A stretch of DNA of 63,015 bases, the filler included, from Choristocarpus tenellus KU-1152 (lineage: Eukaryota; Protista; Phaeophyceae), in NCBI GenBank assembly GCA_964200185.2. It is 10 parts of 10 records of this genome, joined end to end, with 100 filler letters (N's around TTAATTAATTAA, not from the genome) between each part and the next. Parts side by side here need not be neighbours in the genome. Positions count along the whole stretch, not along the records: positions 24,330 to 35,272 come from CAXNAD020002613.1; positions 35,373 to 37,988 come from CAXNAD020026239.1; positions 38,089 to 45,899 come from CAXNAD020005557.1; 7 more parts are not named here. One strand, 5' to 3'. This document shows positions 27,584 through 39,204 of this stretch, piece by piece. Each line of letters opens with the position of its first letter. Positions within the stretch are counted from its first letter, which is position 1. The notes beneath the pieces are model-generated. The model saw only the letters and a program-made list of their open reading frames with translations. It was not told where the DNA came from and ran no database searches. Made by a program: the position numbers and the translations under genes.

Positions 27584-28200
27584 TGTATCGATACTCCCTA
27601 CTCCAGACACCCTTGGTCAAAGAAAAAAGTGCAATGAAAACCTGAAAATACAAGATTTAGCCCTTGTCATGAAAGGGGGGGGGGGTTCCTATGTAAGGAT
27701 CTACAGACCAGAGTGTAAGCATAGACCAAAAGTCGACAGGCCATCTATTTTGACGAGAATTGGGGTTTGTCACTGACTGGATATTGGGGAACAGGCTGGG
27801 TAGTATGGCAGTAAATGCTACGCAGCTGATGTGCAGGTATACTGCTGATGGCGTAAGCCTAATCCATCGTATTGGCATTAGTTTCTTTTAAAATATACTA
27901 TCCCGCTGACTTCAACCATTTCTACATTTTTTCCCCTGCAATGGACCTGCTCGTAACTTATTCCTGACTCTCAGTTGCTGAAGTTGAGTCATGTGCTGGT
28001 GATTTTCCTTCACTTGCAAAGTATTTCGAAGTCGACATACACGACAATGCACAATGTATCATCAAAGTACCTACTTGAATTATCTTCATCCGATAGTGGA
28101 TAATGAAGGACTTAAAAGGGAATTTTCCAAGGAAGGCCGGCTCTGATTGAGTGTAGCTACTTTCAACCCAAAGCCAATCTCGATACATGCACTTTATACA

Positions 28201-28408
28201 GGCTCAAAGTATCTGGGGGGGGGGGAGGGGTGTACACCAGGGGGCCCATTCGGGTCCTAACCAGGAGAAGTGCACTTACATTATCCATCAGACTCATTCC
28301 ATCAGACTCATTCCATCAGACTCATTCAACTAAATTCACCCAAAATCACGAAAATGAAAAATGGGCCCCAAATGGACAGCCACCCCTCCCCCCCAGATAC
28401 TTTGAGCC
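28201..28408. mobile_element. MITE family A, inverted relative to the 27403 copy
   Basis: TACA|GGCTCAAAGTATCTGGGG..CCAGATACTTTGAGCC|TACG, with an internal (CCATCAGACTCATT)x3 expansion. Confidence 0.9.
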
Positions 28409-29367
28409 TACGTATGTATCAGCACTTTCTTCCACAGGTTTTTCAGGACTGTCTGCAAGAAAAACAGGATGTCTCAACGTAAGGAGATCTTAGTGCATAG
28501 ATTAGAGGAGCAGTTTTGGAGAAGGGGCTGCTTCCTCTGCAGTCTGTTTTGCGTTCTGCCAATGATTTTCTTCGTCAGATAGGAACGATTTCTTCAGCAT
28601 ATAAGGAAAAGAACCAAGATGGACTGTACAATTGTGCGGTCGATGGAGTCATACACTTTTGCCCACTGGTGCATGCAAAATAAGTTGCAATGACTACTGT
28701 CTACAGTGCTAAGGCACATAAATGAGCTGATGGGTGCATGCACAATTGGTACTACCTGCTGATTATTTTATCTTTTTTCTTTCAGTTTTGTGGTATGTTG
28801 TTTATGACAGGGAGGCAAACGTAGTTTCAAAAAGGAGGGAGTCGGTAGTACAATATGACTTTGAAAGAAACTGATGATGATATGATGGATTACAGATTAT
28901 GCTACCAGGATTACATACATGTATATTAGTGTACTTTAATATATCGTACTGCCCAGCCGATCCCCCAAATATGTAGTCAGCAACAGTGTCCGATTTGACG
29001 TCAAAATCGGCAGGCCACCAACAATTCTGCTACAGTCACTTCCCTGACATGTGAGACGTAGGTGTTCAACGAATATATGCACCGTTGAGTTTCCTTCTCG
29101 GACCATGATATTGCGGGTAGGATCGATGGTACTCCTCTCTTCTTTGCTGTGTGGAAGTAACCAGAATAGTGACTGGACCAATCTCACTAGACCCCTCCTT
29201 CCTACTACCTCGAGTTTCGATTTACGCCTTTGTCATATTTAAGATTTCATTTCATTGGTTGTGCATTTTTTTTCTACCATGGATCTGAAACCTGCTACAT
29301 ATAGAGAGCAATGCAGATATAAATGTGAAAATGACAGTGATGGTGATGACAAGGTATTTATTTTTTC

Positions 29368-30671
29368 TTTTGCTCACGAATTCGGGATTATTATTATTTT
29401 ATTCCATATTTGCATTCCACCCATTCCCCTCCTCCCCATTTTACCACCCCTTGTGACCAACCAGTGCGACCTCTTCACTGATTTCCATTCACCTCCCCCC
29501 CTGCGATGACCAACCAATGCGAACCCTTTTCACCATTGATTTCCAGCCAACACCCACCTCTGATGACCAACCAGTGTGACAACCAGTGCGACCTCTTCAC
29601 CACTGATTTCCAGTCACCCCCCCTCATGCGATCACCAACCAATACAAACTCCTTTCGCCATTGATTTCTATGCAAAAGAGAGCTATTCCAATAGAGTCTT
29701 TTCATTATGTTGTATGGATGTATTTATTAGCGGAGTGAGCACTACCCTCGAGGTGGGGGGGGTGCTCTCCCTTGTTATCTAATGCATTACTCAACAAACA
29801 CGCCAGAAATATGATTATGACAGTTGCACTACGTCAGCCAATAACTGTGTCAGTTACACTACGTCAGCCGCTTATATTAAACAGAAATAAAAGATCAATC
29901 CACTGAGAGTCGAATCTCTTTCTCTAGGCATGCAGAAATAAGTCCTTGGCACTTATTCTACTCAGTCAATAATTCTGTTGTATAATACTGGTCACTAAAC
30001 AGATAATATCCTATAGACTACCTAGCCTATATTGCACAATTTCCAGCTACCACCCACCTCTGATAACCAACCAGTGTGAACCCCCTTCGCCACTGATTTC
30101 CTGTCACCACCCCACCCTTACCGCTCCACTCAACCCCACACCACTTACCAATCCACCATACCATTCAATACCACTCAACCCCCCAACACTTTCCCCCTTT
30201 TTCCACTTCCCCACGTCACTCAACACCACTCCACATCATCCAAGAACACCCCTTCATCATCCACTTGATACCGCGTCTTTGAGCTAGAAGCTATCTACCC
30301 CGCCCGAACTTGACCTCCCCCCCCGTTACCCAGTATCCCAATCGGTTGTGAGCAAGCGACAGGGTGGGTGGGTGGGAAAGCTTGCTCGGAGGTTGTCTTG
30401 TTCTAGCCCTCTTCATCCTGTACCACCAGCCCTAGGTTTTCTTTTCAATACTGGCCATTCCTTCTTACTCTGTGCCTCTGGTGGACACCTACCACCCATT
30501 TCTTTAACTTCTCTCCTACCTCTTCTGCCTCCTATGCACTCAGTACTTAACTCTCCCTTCACCCCTTCACTACTTTTTTATTTTTCCTTCCTCACCTCTC
30601 CCTTTCCTGTACCATATTCCTACCAGAATTCTCCCGCCCACAAAACTCCGATTACTTCATAAACTTTCCCA
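29368..30671 (-). mobile_element. Hairpin-array element copy 2, interrupted by a solo LTR
   Basis: Reverse complement of copies 1 and 3, with about 5-6 units. Confidence 0.85.
29669..30038. mobile_element. Solo LTR (370 bp) with a 5-bp TSD ATTTC
   Basis: ATTTC|TATGCAA..TTGCACA|ATTTC. The termini are inverted repeats (TG mutated to TA), and removing the insert restores the interrupted array unit. Confidence 0.82.
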
Positions 30672-30692
30672 TCTATCGCTAGACGCGAAGGG

Positions 30693-31200
30693 TGTCGAAT
30701 ACCCTAGTGTTATCCTTACGTTATTTGTGCTGACACAAGTATATAACATAGGTTATACGTACGTTTATAATCAGTTAGGTATGATACAAAGTACGAACGT
30801 ACATAAAAGTATAATAAGTCAACATTCATTCACACGTCAGTGATGATGGTTGGTTGACGGGCAATTAATAATTCAGTGTGTTCTTTACCATGTAATTCAA
30901 CTGCTAACTTCAGGCGACGAGCTTTACATGCGCCAAGTTTCTCAACAAAGGGGTGTTTATATTCTGTAACTAGAGCCATCCCGGTCTCCTTCCCTTCTAT
31001 CCTGTAGTGGTGGATTTTCATACCCCCCTCTCAGGAAAACATTCTGGCATCGAAGGGTTTCGAACCTACGAAACTCTTCCAGGAACAGAAAAATGGTTTG
31101 TCATGTGGGTCCATGTCCATTCTAAAGATATTTCCATCATTAAGACAAAGTCTGGTGTGGAAGGACCCCTGTGAAATACATTAACACCCGAAAAAACTTG
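30693..31200 (-). mobile_element. 3' LTR (31020-30693) with polypurine tract from an LTR retrotransposon remnant
   Basis: On the minus strand GAGAGGGGGGTA is immediately followed by TGAAAATCC..TTCGACA (TG..CA). Confidence 0.55.
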
Positions 31201-31379
31201 AGCCACACGAGGTCCTTTCAATCCGGAAAACACCATTCATCACATGTCACGAAAAAACAAGGACGGGAAGAGAAGAGAGGCAAGAATAGACAAGGACAAA
31301 ATGAAAGCAAAATTCAGAAGAAACTAATAGTGGTGGAGGTGATGAGTGTGTGTATGTCCCCTGATTGATCTAAGGCTAC

Positions 31380-32763
31380 CTTGCCTGGTGGCTTGGCTAA
31401 CTTCAGCTATCACAAATTCCTTGGAATGTCACACTGCCATGAACTTCATTGTGCTGTCAACTACAAACTTTGTGCCACCTGTGTTGGTTAGTTACGTTGT
31501 GCCCTATCCCTCAACCTTAATACCAAACTTCTTGAGAGGTTATCTTGCAGATATCTCTACCACTTCTTCTCCTGTCCACCCTTACTTTCGTTTTCAAGCT
31601 GCACGTTCCCGAAATATCACCTTCGGAAGTCAGTCGTCCCCCACGCATGCAAATAGAAGTACCTGTTTTACCACAGTTGTGTCGATAGTCTCACATTTAG
31701 TCTTCATTAGGACATTATGAAGGACAACTGTAGTATGTGATCAGTGTGTGACCGTTCTTGAAATCTATTGCAGTGTAGGAAGGGTTTGTGACGATAAGAG
31801 AAGCCTCGCCTAATGGATCTGACGGAGTATTTATGTCACACAACCATACAGTATAACCTGAAACAATCCAGCCTTGAGCATTGGAATCTAAAAAGTTCAG
31901 TGATTCATCTGATTGGCCCTGTCATTAAGCACTTGGCTGTACTTGCAGAAACAACCCCAGGATAGTTTTACCTTTTGACTGATCTTAGTGGTGATACCAG
32001 CTCCATCACTGAAGGATGGTGCCTCCATGGTAAGGAAACTTATCAAGTCTGCTTTTGTAGAGTTAGCCCTACGCCCAGATCTGTCTGATGTCGGTGGCCT
32101 TACCTAGAGGTCTATGGCAGACATGTTCTCCACCTTTAACACCGACACATTTAGCCGGAATGACTTAACCACCTTCATTGTCACTATCGTCATCATGGCT
32201 AAACTTCCTCAGGTCTCAGACACAAAGACCGCATCATCAGCAACAGAGCATACCAAGGAGTTGCTGCTCTCCCACACCCTTTTGCTTCTGCTCGTCTGAT
32301 TTTGCTTCGGTGGACACTCCCTTGATGACAACGAGGTCAACAAAGATGGAAGATGACTCAATAACGGCAATATTTGCAGTGAGATTGATTTTAAAGAAGA
32401 TAGGAGCAAGGTAACACTCTAGTCTAAGGCCTTATCCAACCTTAATCCAATCCATACACTCCCCATCATCCATGCGAACACATACCTGCATCCCAACCGT
32501 CGAATTGGCGAAAGAGTCGTACACTTTCTGTAGGTTAATGAAAGATATGAACAGAGGTGCATGGTTTTCCCCCAGCCAAATCTTGAAGAGCACGGACAGT
32601 GTACACAATTTCCACTGTACTGCGATCATTGGGACCAGAAACCTCACTGTCTTGTTCTTCACAGAGTATGTTCTCCCGTTCCAGGGAGTATCTCAGCCGT
32701 CATGGGCAACAACCTTACAAAGTACTTTGCCAGGCTGTGCCTTTAATGAGATGCCCTTGTAGT
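31380..32763 (-). mobile_element. Degenerate RTE-like LINE reverse transcriptase
   Basis: KGISLKAQPGKVLCKVVA, PLFISFINLQKVYDS, GMQVCVRMDDGECMDWIKVG*GLRLECYLAPIFF and a decayed GML(Y)ADD motif, with many stops and frameshifts. Confidence 0.82.
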
Positions 32764-33660
32764 TGGGAAAGTTTATGAAGCAATCGGAGTTTTGTGGGTG
32801 GAAAGAATTCTGGTAGGAATATGGGTCAGGAAAGGGATAGGACAGGAAAGAAATAAAAGTAGCAGGAGGGCGAACGAAGAGTAAGTACTGAGTGCATAGG
32901 AGGCAGAAGAGAAGTTAAAGAAATGGGTGGTGGGTGGAGGCATAAAGTAAGAAGGAATGGCCAGTATTGAAAAGAAAACCTAGGGCTGATGGTACAGGAC
33001 GAGGAGGGCTAGAACAAGACAACCTTTGAGCAAGCTTTCCCACCCACCCACCCTGTCGCTTGCTCACAACCGATTGGGATACTGGGGAGAGGGAATGGAG
33101 GTCAAGTTCGGGCGGGGTAGATAGCTTCTAGCTCAAAGACGCGGTATCAAGTGGATGATGAAGGGGTGTTCTTGGATGATTGTGGAGTGGTGTTGAGTGG
33201 TGTGGGGGAGTGGAAAATGGGGGAAAGTGTTGGAGGGTTGAGTGGTATTGAATGGTGTGGTGGATTGGTAAGTGGTGTGGGGTTGAGTGGAGTGGTAAGG
33301 GTAGGGTGGTGACTGGAAATCAGTGGCGAAGGGGTCGCAATGGTTGGTCATTGGATGTGGAGGGTGACTGGAAATCAGTGGCGAAGGGGATTCACATTGG
33401 TTGGTCATCAGAGGTGGGTGGTGACTGGAAATCAATGGCGAAGAGGGTTCGCACTGGCTGGTCATCAGATGTGGGGGCTGACTGGAAATCAGTGGCGAAA
33501 GGGGTTCGCATTGGTTGGTCATCGCAAGGGGGGGGGTGACTGGAAATCAGTGAAGATGTCAAACTATTTGGTCACAAGGGGTGATATAATGGGGAGGAAG
33601 GGGGGAATGGGGGGAATGCAAATATATAATAGAAAAAATAATCCCGAATTCGTGAGCAAA
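32764..33660 (+). mobile_element. Hairpin-array element copy 3 (5 units, 33308-33575)
   Basis: Same termini and body as copy 1; abuts and truncates the LINE RT. Confidence 0.85.
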
Positions 33661-34349
33661 ACAATACATATAATTACCACAATCTGTTCGATCTCTCTTC
33701 TTTTTTTTAGCCACTATGACAACTGCATTTTCCGTACCTGTGGTACATCTTACTGGTCCCACTCAGCCTAACGCAACATTGTGGAAACTCAGAGGGTAGT
33801 TTCATCCTCCTTCAGGTGGAGGTAGCTGGCTCTAGTCTTCATGACAGGCAGGCAGCCAACCAGCTACATGAATTTCGTTTGAGGGTGCCTATATTTGCGT
33901 GTAATAAGAATCAGGGTAAAAATCTGAGATGAATTTCCATTTCATTCCCAAAAAGGTTTTCCTTCCCTTGGATGCTTTAATTTCCATAAATTCTTCGCTC
34001 TAAAAAATTGTAATTTTTTTTAATTACTAAAATATTGTTATTGATACTAGTAGACATTATTGAATATCGCAAAGAAAAGATTGTGTTGTGAATAAATATA
34101 ATATTCTGTAGAAAAAGAATCAAAGCAAACGAGAGGTACGCAGATTTGGTCATTTCGCGCTTTCCACCCTTATTTCTGTCGTTGAAGTGCTAAGATTGAC
34201 TTGATTGAGACCGTCGATTTCTCTATTGTTGGACAATTTTTGGTAGAGTTCAGAAAATTCCTGTTCGCATTTGTATAACATGATTTTGGGAAGGGGACTA
34301 AAAAAGGTAAAGGGGGTTTTCACCATGACCATATATTTAACCGGATTCA

Positions 34350-34608
34350 GAGTGAAAGTATCTTCGAGGGTAGGAGTTTCGCCCTGATTGTCCATTTGGG
34401 GCTTGGATTCCCACGTTTTTTTTATGACATTTTGCCTACTCCAAAATGTTTTGGAGTCGGTAAAATGTGTATGTTATGAAAAGGTGTGTCTGGAACAAGG
34501 ATATTGACACTTCCTAACAAACATGACAACTAAAATCGCATCAAATTTTCAGCATTGGATTTTGGCCGCCAAACGGACGCTGCTCTACCCTCTAAGATAC
34601 TTTGACTC
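34350..34608. mobile_element. MITE family B
   Basis: TTCA|GAGTGAAAGTATCTTCGAGGG..CCCTCTAAGATACTTTGACTC|ATCA. Confidence 0.88.
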
Positions 34609-35919
34609 ATCAGTTCAGATCTCTGAAGACCCTTGTCGTGACCCTATATAAATACTTATGGGCTGGCCCGCCAAAATATGCATCAGGTCAACCCCCAAAT
34701 TGTCTCAAATTCATGATGCGGGTATATAGACATGTTCAAGACCATCTCTTTCCCTGTGAATTGTAAGCCTTCAAATAGACCAGTGGGGCGTTTCAAAATC
34801 TTCTATTTTCTTTACATAGACATTGAAGATTATAGTATGAGGGGCATTGAATATTGACTATAACCATCATGTAAGGCATTATCTCCTTATGGGGACTTGT
34901 CCCTAGCGCCGCAATACTCCTGTTTTCATGTACTTGTAATCATTAGAGTGACATTGCTAGTAGTACGACATATTGTTCTCCATGGATCAGAACAGTTCGT
35001 CGTTGCAACACATCTCAACATCTCAACATTACAAGTTTAGAATGTACAAGTGCGTTTCAGCCGTTTCAATTGTCTGCTCACAAGAAAAGTGAACCGATAC
35101 AGTCTTATCCTGGAGTTCAAGGTGGCACCACTTCGAGCATAAATGTTTAGTACTAACGGGGCATTCCAATTTGAGGTAGAGGGTCGAAGTATCTGCGGGG
35201 GGTGTCGGCGTCCGTTTCCCGCGCTGAGCTAACAAACCACCTAAGGTTACTGTCGTTGTTGTTTTACCAACTNNNNNNNNNNNNNNNNNNNNNNNNNNNN
35301 NNNNNNNNNNNNNNNNTTAATTAATTAANNNNNNNNNNNNNNNNNNNNNNNNNNNNNNNNNNNNNNNNNNNNCCAAAAATCGCGACATGAAAAAATTGAC
35401 CCCAAATGGACAGCCGCCACCCTCCTCCAGATACTCTGAGCCTGGTGATTGATCTTGCGAGGTGTTGGTTCCCCAGTGGACACTAGTAATTATACTGTTG
35501 CTCCACACTGTGTAACTTCTCCCACGATGTTTTTTTTGCTGGTTAGGAATACGTGTCATACACAAGTTAGAGTTAGAATTAGGTTTTTGAATATATTTGA
35601 GAAAAAGAGAAAAAGCTACAATAGCGGTGGCTTCCAAAGATGGAGTGGTTCACCTGGACACTGCACCATGTTGCCCATAAAAAACCTCAAGGGCATTTAT
35701 TGTGTGGGGAGATGGCAGACATGGTGAGGGGTAGAGCCAAAGCAAATGAGAGGTAGGCAGGCTCGGAACTTTTTGGATTGTAAGCCATCTTTCTTGCATT
35801 GTGTAGTACACTCTATTTTATTGTCTTATGAGCACAATAGTGTACACAAAATCGATATTCTCTCCTTCCACAAATAAAGACAATTCAATCACGATCACAA
35901 TCAACCTACTTTCAGACTT

Positions 35920-36792
35920 TCAATCCACGCACTGATGCTCCCCAACATGTTTGGCACCCCTCGTAGACTTGGCATCAGGCTCCAGTGTCTGTGATTTTTC
36001 CATGATGGTTGTTGCCTCCTTCAAATTGAAGAGGGCGCCGTGGTCGATTCCAAACTTTTGAGCAACCCTAGTTCCTGTCAAGGTCTTCAGGAGTGTCACC
36101 ACTTCCACCTTCTCTGCAAAGTTCAAACGTTTGCGATTGTTGGTACCACAAGGCTTGTAGGGAGGGACTTTCTCTGTAGATATATTTGGCAGCACCTTCC
36201 CCTTGCCCTTGTCCTTGTTATTGTGGGGTTTCGATGCCGTGTTGTCACTGGCTGGAGGACTCAAAGCCTTGAGCTTGGTGGGGCTCACACGCAATTTCCA
36301 CATGTGTTTCATTTCGCTGGAGTCAAAATGGATCTATGATGCTGCAAATGCCATGAAGATAACCGCTGCAACAAACGTGATACTTATGACATGTATAGTG
36401 TGGCGGACCAGGAGTATTACCCTTTATGTTGCAACTGGATCTCGCTGGGCAGGGCATCATTGTATCTGTAGATTGCAGTCGTCTAAACTTGATGTGATAC
36501 ACTGTATCTACTGTACAGTACTAAGAGACAAGAGACTGACTGCTATCCTTTGTATTGCTGGTCTCGAGCATCTTTGTGCCTTTGCAATATTTTTCCTAAC
36601 TTTAGACATGACTTTTTGGGCAACCCCTCGACCAAGTAGTGAAAAAAATAGGAGTTTGCTTGATATAAGAGAGAATTGGCAGGAAAACGCCGAAACCTCT
36701 CTTACAGCCTGAAATTCGTGATAAGGGAATTCAATCTCTCTTATATCCCGTTTTCTCTTATATTGACTTCTCTTACACAGGTACACCGACTG
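35920..36792 (-). mobile_element. pogo/Tigger-like element 5' part: TIR end plus CENP-B-type HTH
   Basis: On the minus strand, TA|CAGTCG.. with repeated subterminal ATATAAGAG motifs. ORF 36312-35920 contains RKRLNFAEKVEVVTLLKTLTGTRVAQKFGI. No DDD domain seen. Confidence 0.7.
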
Positions 36793-36799
36793 TACCACT

Positions 36800-37988
36800 A
36801 GCTTCGCCCTCTGGGTTATCCCGTCATAACGTTTGATGTAAACATCGGATTTTAGAAAAGCACATTCGTGATGCCCGTCACATGGCCGTTCAGAGTACGG
36901 ATTTCGTTTTTTGCACCATTTTTTTATTTTTTGAAGAAAGAGCGCTCATGTTGGGGTTCGAACCCTGGATTGTAGGTCACCAAGAAAAGCCTCCCCACCC
37001 TTTCTTCCTGCGTGCTCGCTCACCCACTCTTTGAGTCAAAGTGTCTTAGAGGGTAGAGCCGCGTCCGTTTTGGGGTCAAATCTAATGTTGCGATTTTGAT
37101 GTCATTTTGACTATCATGTTTACTGGGAAGTGTCAATATCCTTGTTCCTTCCCAATGTGTACGTTTTACCCACTCCGAAACATTTCGGAGTAGGAAAATA
37201 TCACAAAAAACCCATAGGAAGCCAAACCCCAAACGGACAAATAGGGAAAAAATCGAACCCTCTAAGACACTTTCACTCTTTGACCTCGGCAAGGATCTCC
37301 TCATCGATGCCCAGAATGAAACGCCTCGTAGCGCCCTTGCTCTAACACCTTGATGTAGCCCTTAATTAGGAAGTCTCTCTCCCACTTACTCACAGTTTCT
37401 GACCTGACCATCGCATATCCTGTTGCCATCTCGAGCTCCATTTGATGGTCTTTCCCGTCGTTCATAAACAGCACGAGATTTGCAGTGTTAGAGCCTTTAC
37501 TATTACATTTCCTGGTTGAGCGCAGGAAATGGGCATCATCTGTGTTTCCTGGGCGGGTGATATTTTATCCTCAAGGCGCAAGGGTGAGGGAGGACCGGCG
37601 TTAGTTGATAGAAAATTGTGTCGATTTCTCAAATGAATGCAGGTGAGGAGAAAGCCTTAATCAACTTTATACGTCCAACCCTAAGTCCAGGAACATTAGT
37701 GAATATGTGCGGCATCTTGCAAGAAGTGAGAGATACCAAACCATCGGTGTGCCAATAGTCTCAATGTCACTCCTCTTCTTCCCTGGCATCCTTGTCGATA
37801 GCTACCTCCACTTGCTTTGCGACCTCTTCTAAGTAAAGGATTTGGTGGTGTCGAAAGGTCTCCACAGGTTCCTTTGTTACCATCGCTTTCACCTCCACCT
37901 TGTGAGTCCTTTCGACCTTCTTTCGGGCTTCAGAGCCCTTGTACCCCAACCCTAACACCTTTTTTCTCGTTTCCTTAAGCCACTCCGG
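36800..37988 (-). pseudogene. Decayed IS630/Tc1-related transposase N-terminal region, split by a MITE
   Basis: ETVSKWERDFLIKGYIKVLEQGRYE../FILGIDEEILAEVK|EWVSEHAGRKG..PNM resembles the 'W..F...S.QGR...DE....WVR.NA..KG.PNLT' signature of some eukaryotic IS630-like transposases. Confidence 0.5.
37033..37278. mobile_element. MITE family B with a 3-bp TSD TTT
   Basis: Removing the element and one TTT restores the minus-strand frame GAG GTC AAA GAG TGG (EVKEW). Confidence 0.88.
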
Positions 37989-39204
37989 NNNNNNNNNNNN
38001 NNNNNNNNNNNNNNNNNNNNNNNNNNNNNNNNTTAATTAATTAANNNNNNNNNNNNNNNNNNNNNNNNNNNNNNNNNNNNNNNNNNNNAAAAACATACAC
38101 AAGAAAAAAAATGTATATACATATAATTCTCTCCCCCCCCCCCACCCCTCCCAGCTCACAGGTACAAAAAAAAAAAAACACTGGAGAGACTTGAGAAATA
38201 CACAACCGGTGAAAAAACAGACCCAGGGGATGTGTCACACAGGCATGGCAAGGGGCTACACCCTGTGCAGGGCCTAGAGCACGGCTGAACTGTGGCCGGC
38301 CTGCAGTAAAATCTATACACCTGGAGTGTACGATTGTGCACTTGTCAGTGTGTGTTTCTGTCCACAAAGATGTTCAACAAACTTCGCAGCCAGACCCTAA
38401 AAAAGGAGGTGAGCAAGGAAGGGGGCTGCCGGAGTAAGGCCGTCCTGCCCCCAACTGTCACCCTCCCTTCCCCCCCTCCATACTGTGGTCGGCATCAACC
38501 ACCCAACAATCTCTACTGACGACACAAACATCAAGAGCTCTTTGCCTTGAAAACCCTAAGTCTCCTTTAGCCCATATCCGTTTCTGGTCTCCTTCCATCC
38601 CTACAGCCCAAACCTTGGCCCCCCACTGTCTCAAGTCTCAGAGATCCCACTCTTACACAGTACCTCAGAAATAACTTGCCAAGTGCCGGCTGAAGTTTGC
38701 ATGCCCGTGTTTAGATTTTGTTCAGCCCCCTGCACGAGCCACCACAGCTGTCAGCAAGGCTGATAGATCAAACACAACACAATTTCAAGTTCGAAATGCA
38801 ACCGACAAACGCCTGATCAAATCAAATCAAATCGAATCAAAACATAAATCCCACATACACATAATCCCACTGTTACAACAAAAATCTCCCGACGTGCAGA
38901 GAAGCTGTCAGCGTCGTAAAATCTTCTCGCCTCTACTACGCTTGATTGAAGCACATCAACAATGGTGGCAGTTCACCCCAGACTAACCATGCCACAAGCA
39001 ACACTTCTGACTCTTATCACTACATCTGTACTACACACACACACACACAAACACGTATTCTCACATTTTCACTTTCAGCCTCTGAAACACATCAACAACC
39101 AACAGGTGCTTGGCCTTCACACCATATTCACATCGGACTGTATCACCAGGGTGCCCTCACCCCAGTCGGCTCCAAGTGCAAAAAGTAGGTCACGAGCAGG
39201 CACC

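Larger units (their letters stand above)
25553..28713 (+). pseudogene. Possible decayed multi-exon gene of unknown family
   Basis: AG-bounded protein-like segments, several with in-frame stops: VDVASIFSRLKDFALSTMPTPDSLVNGKKKQQR (~25553), VAEVESCAGDFPSLAKYFEVDIHDNAQCIIKVPT* (~27975), VFQDCLQEKQDVST*GDLSA*IRGAVLEKGLLPLQSVL.. (~28438). Confidence 0.35.
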
